This document shows, one piece after another, positions 62,690-64,000 of a stretch of DNA of 64,000 nt. The stretch's first letter is position 1, and each line of letters starts with the position of its first letter. A model generated the notes under the pieces. The model ran no database searches and was not told where the DNA came from. It saw only the letters and a list, made by a program, of their open reading frames with translations. The stretch is from Longimicrobiales bacterium (lineage in GTDB: Bacteria; Gemmatimonadota; Gemmatimonadetes; Longimicrobiales; Gaopeijiaceae). Made by a program: the position numbers and the translations under genes. Location: positions 704,001 through 768,000 of the forward strand of contig OZ241869.1 in the NCBI GenBank assembly GCA_965202805.1, given 5' to 3'.

Positions 62690-64000
<1,311 letters not shown>

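Overview
This is a 64 kb, very GC-rich (roughly 70% by eye) bacterial chromosome segment. Gene order and protein character suggest Gemmatimonadota; that assignment is an inference, not a database result. Most of it is core genome: fsa/tal (partial), truA, trpD, lexA, trpCF-trpB-trpA, an NFACT/RqcH-like gene, yqeK-like-LytR_C-lepB, rlmN, aspS-phoH-7TM-HD-ybeY-mgtE-hutH-hutU-yraN, SRP RNA-dnaX-ybaB-recR-hypothetical-mglA-pgsA-cinA, dapB-dapA-dapD, grpE-dnaJ, iscS-mnmA, a stand-alone HIRAN gene, a TolC/MFP/2x MacB-permease cluster, a 1386-aa sensor kinase, a PLP decarboxylase, pntA1-A2-B, comM/yifB, a five-gene signalling module, a porin and a partial fhs. I saw no CRISPR array, rRNA, tRNA, transposase or integrase. 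Main leads: (1) a lexA promoter carrying two TTCGG-N6-TTCGG direct repeats (candidate SOS box), plus an unannotated 56-aa ORF downstream of lexA; (2) a solute-binding protein / TorS-like kinase / REC-PP2C / RsbW / RsbV partner-switching module with no transporter or sigma factor; (3) an orphan MglA GTPase with Ser at the catalytic Arg53 position and no adjacent mglB; (4) an SRP RNA with a GUGCA pentaloop in place of the GNRA tetraloop; (5) a TrpC-TrpF fusion joined by a ~70-aa Pro/Ala linker; (6) unexplained tandem palindromes and direct repeats in intergenic DNA; (7) an Fhs with a eukaryote-type insertion.
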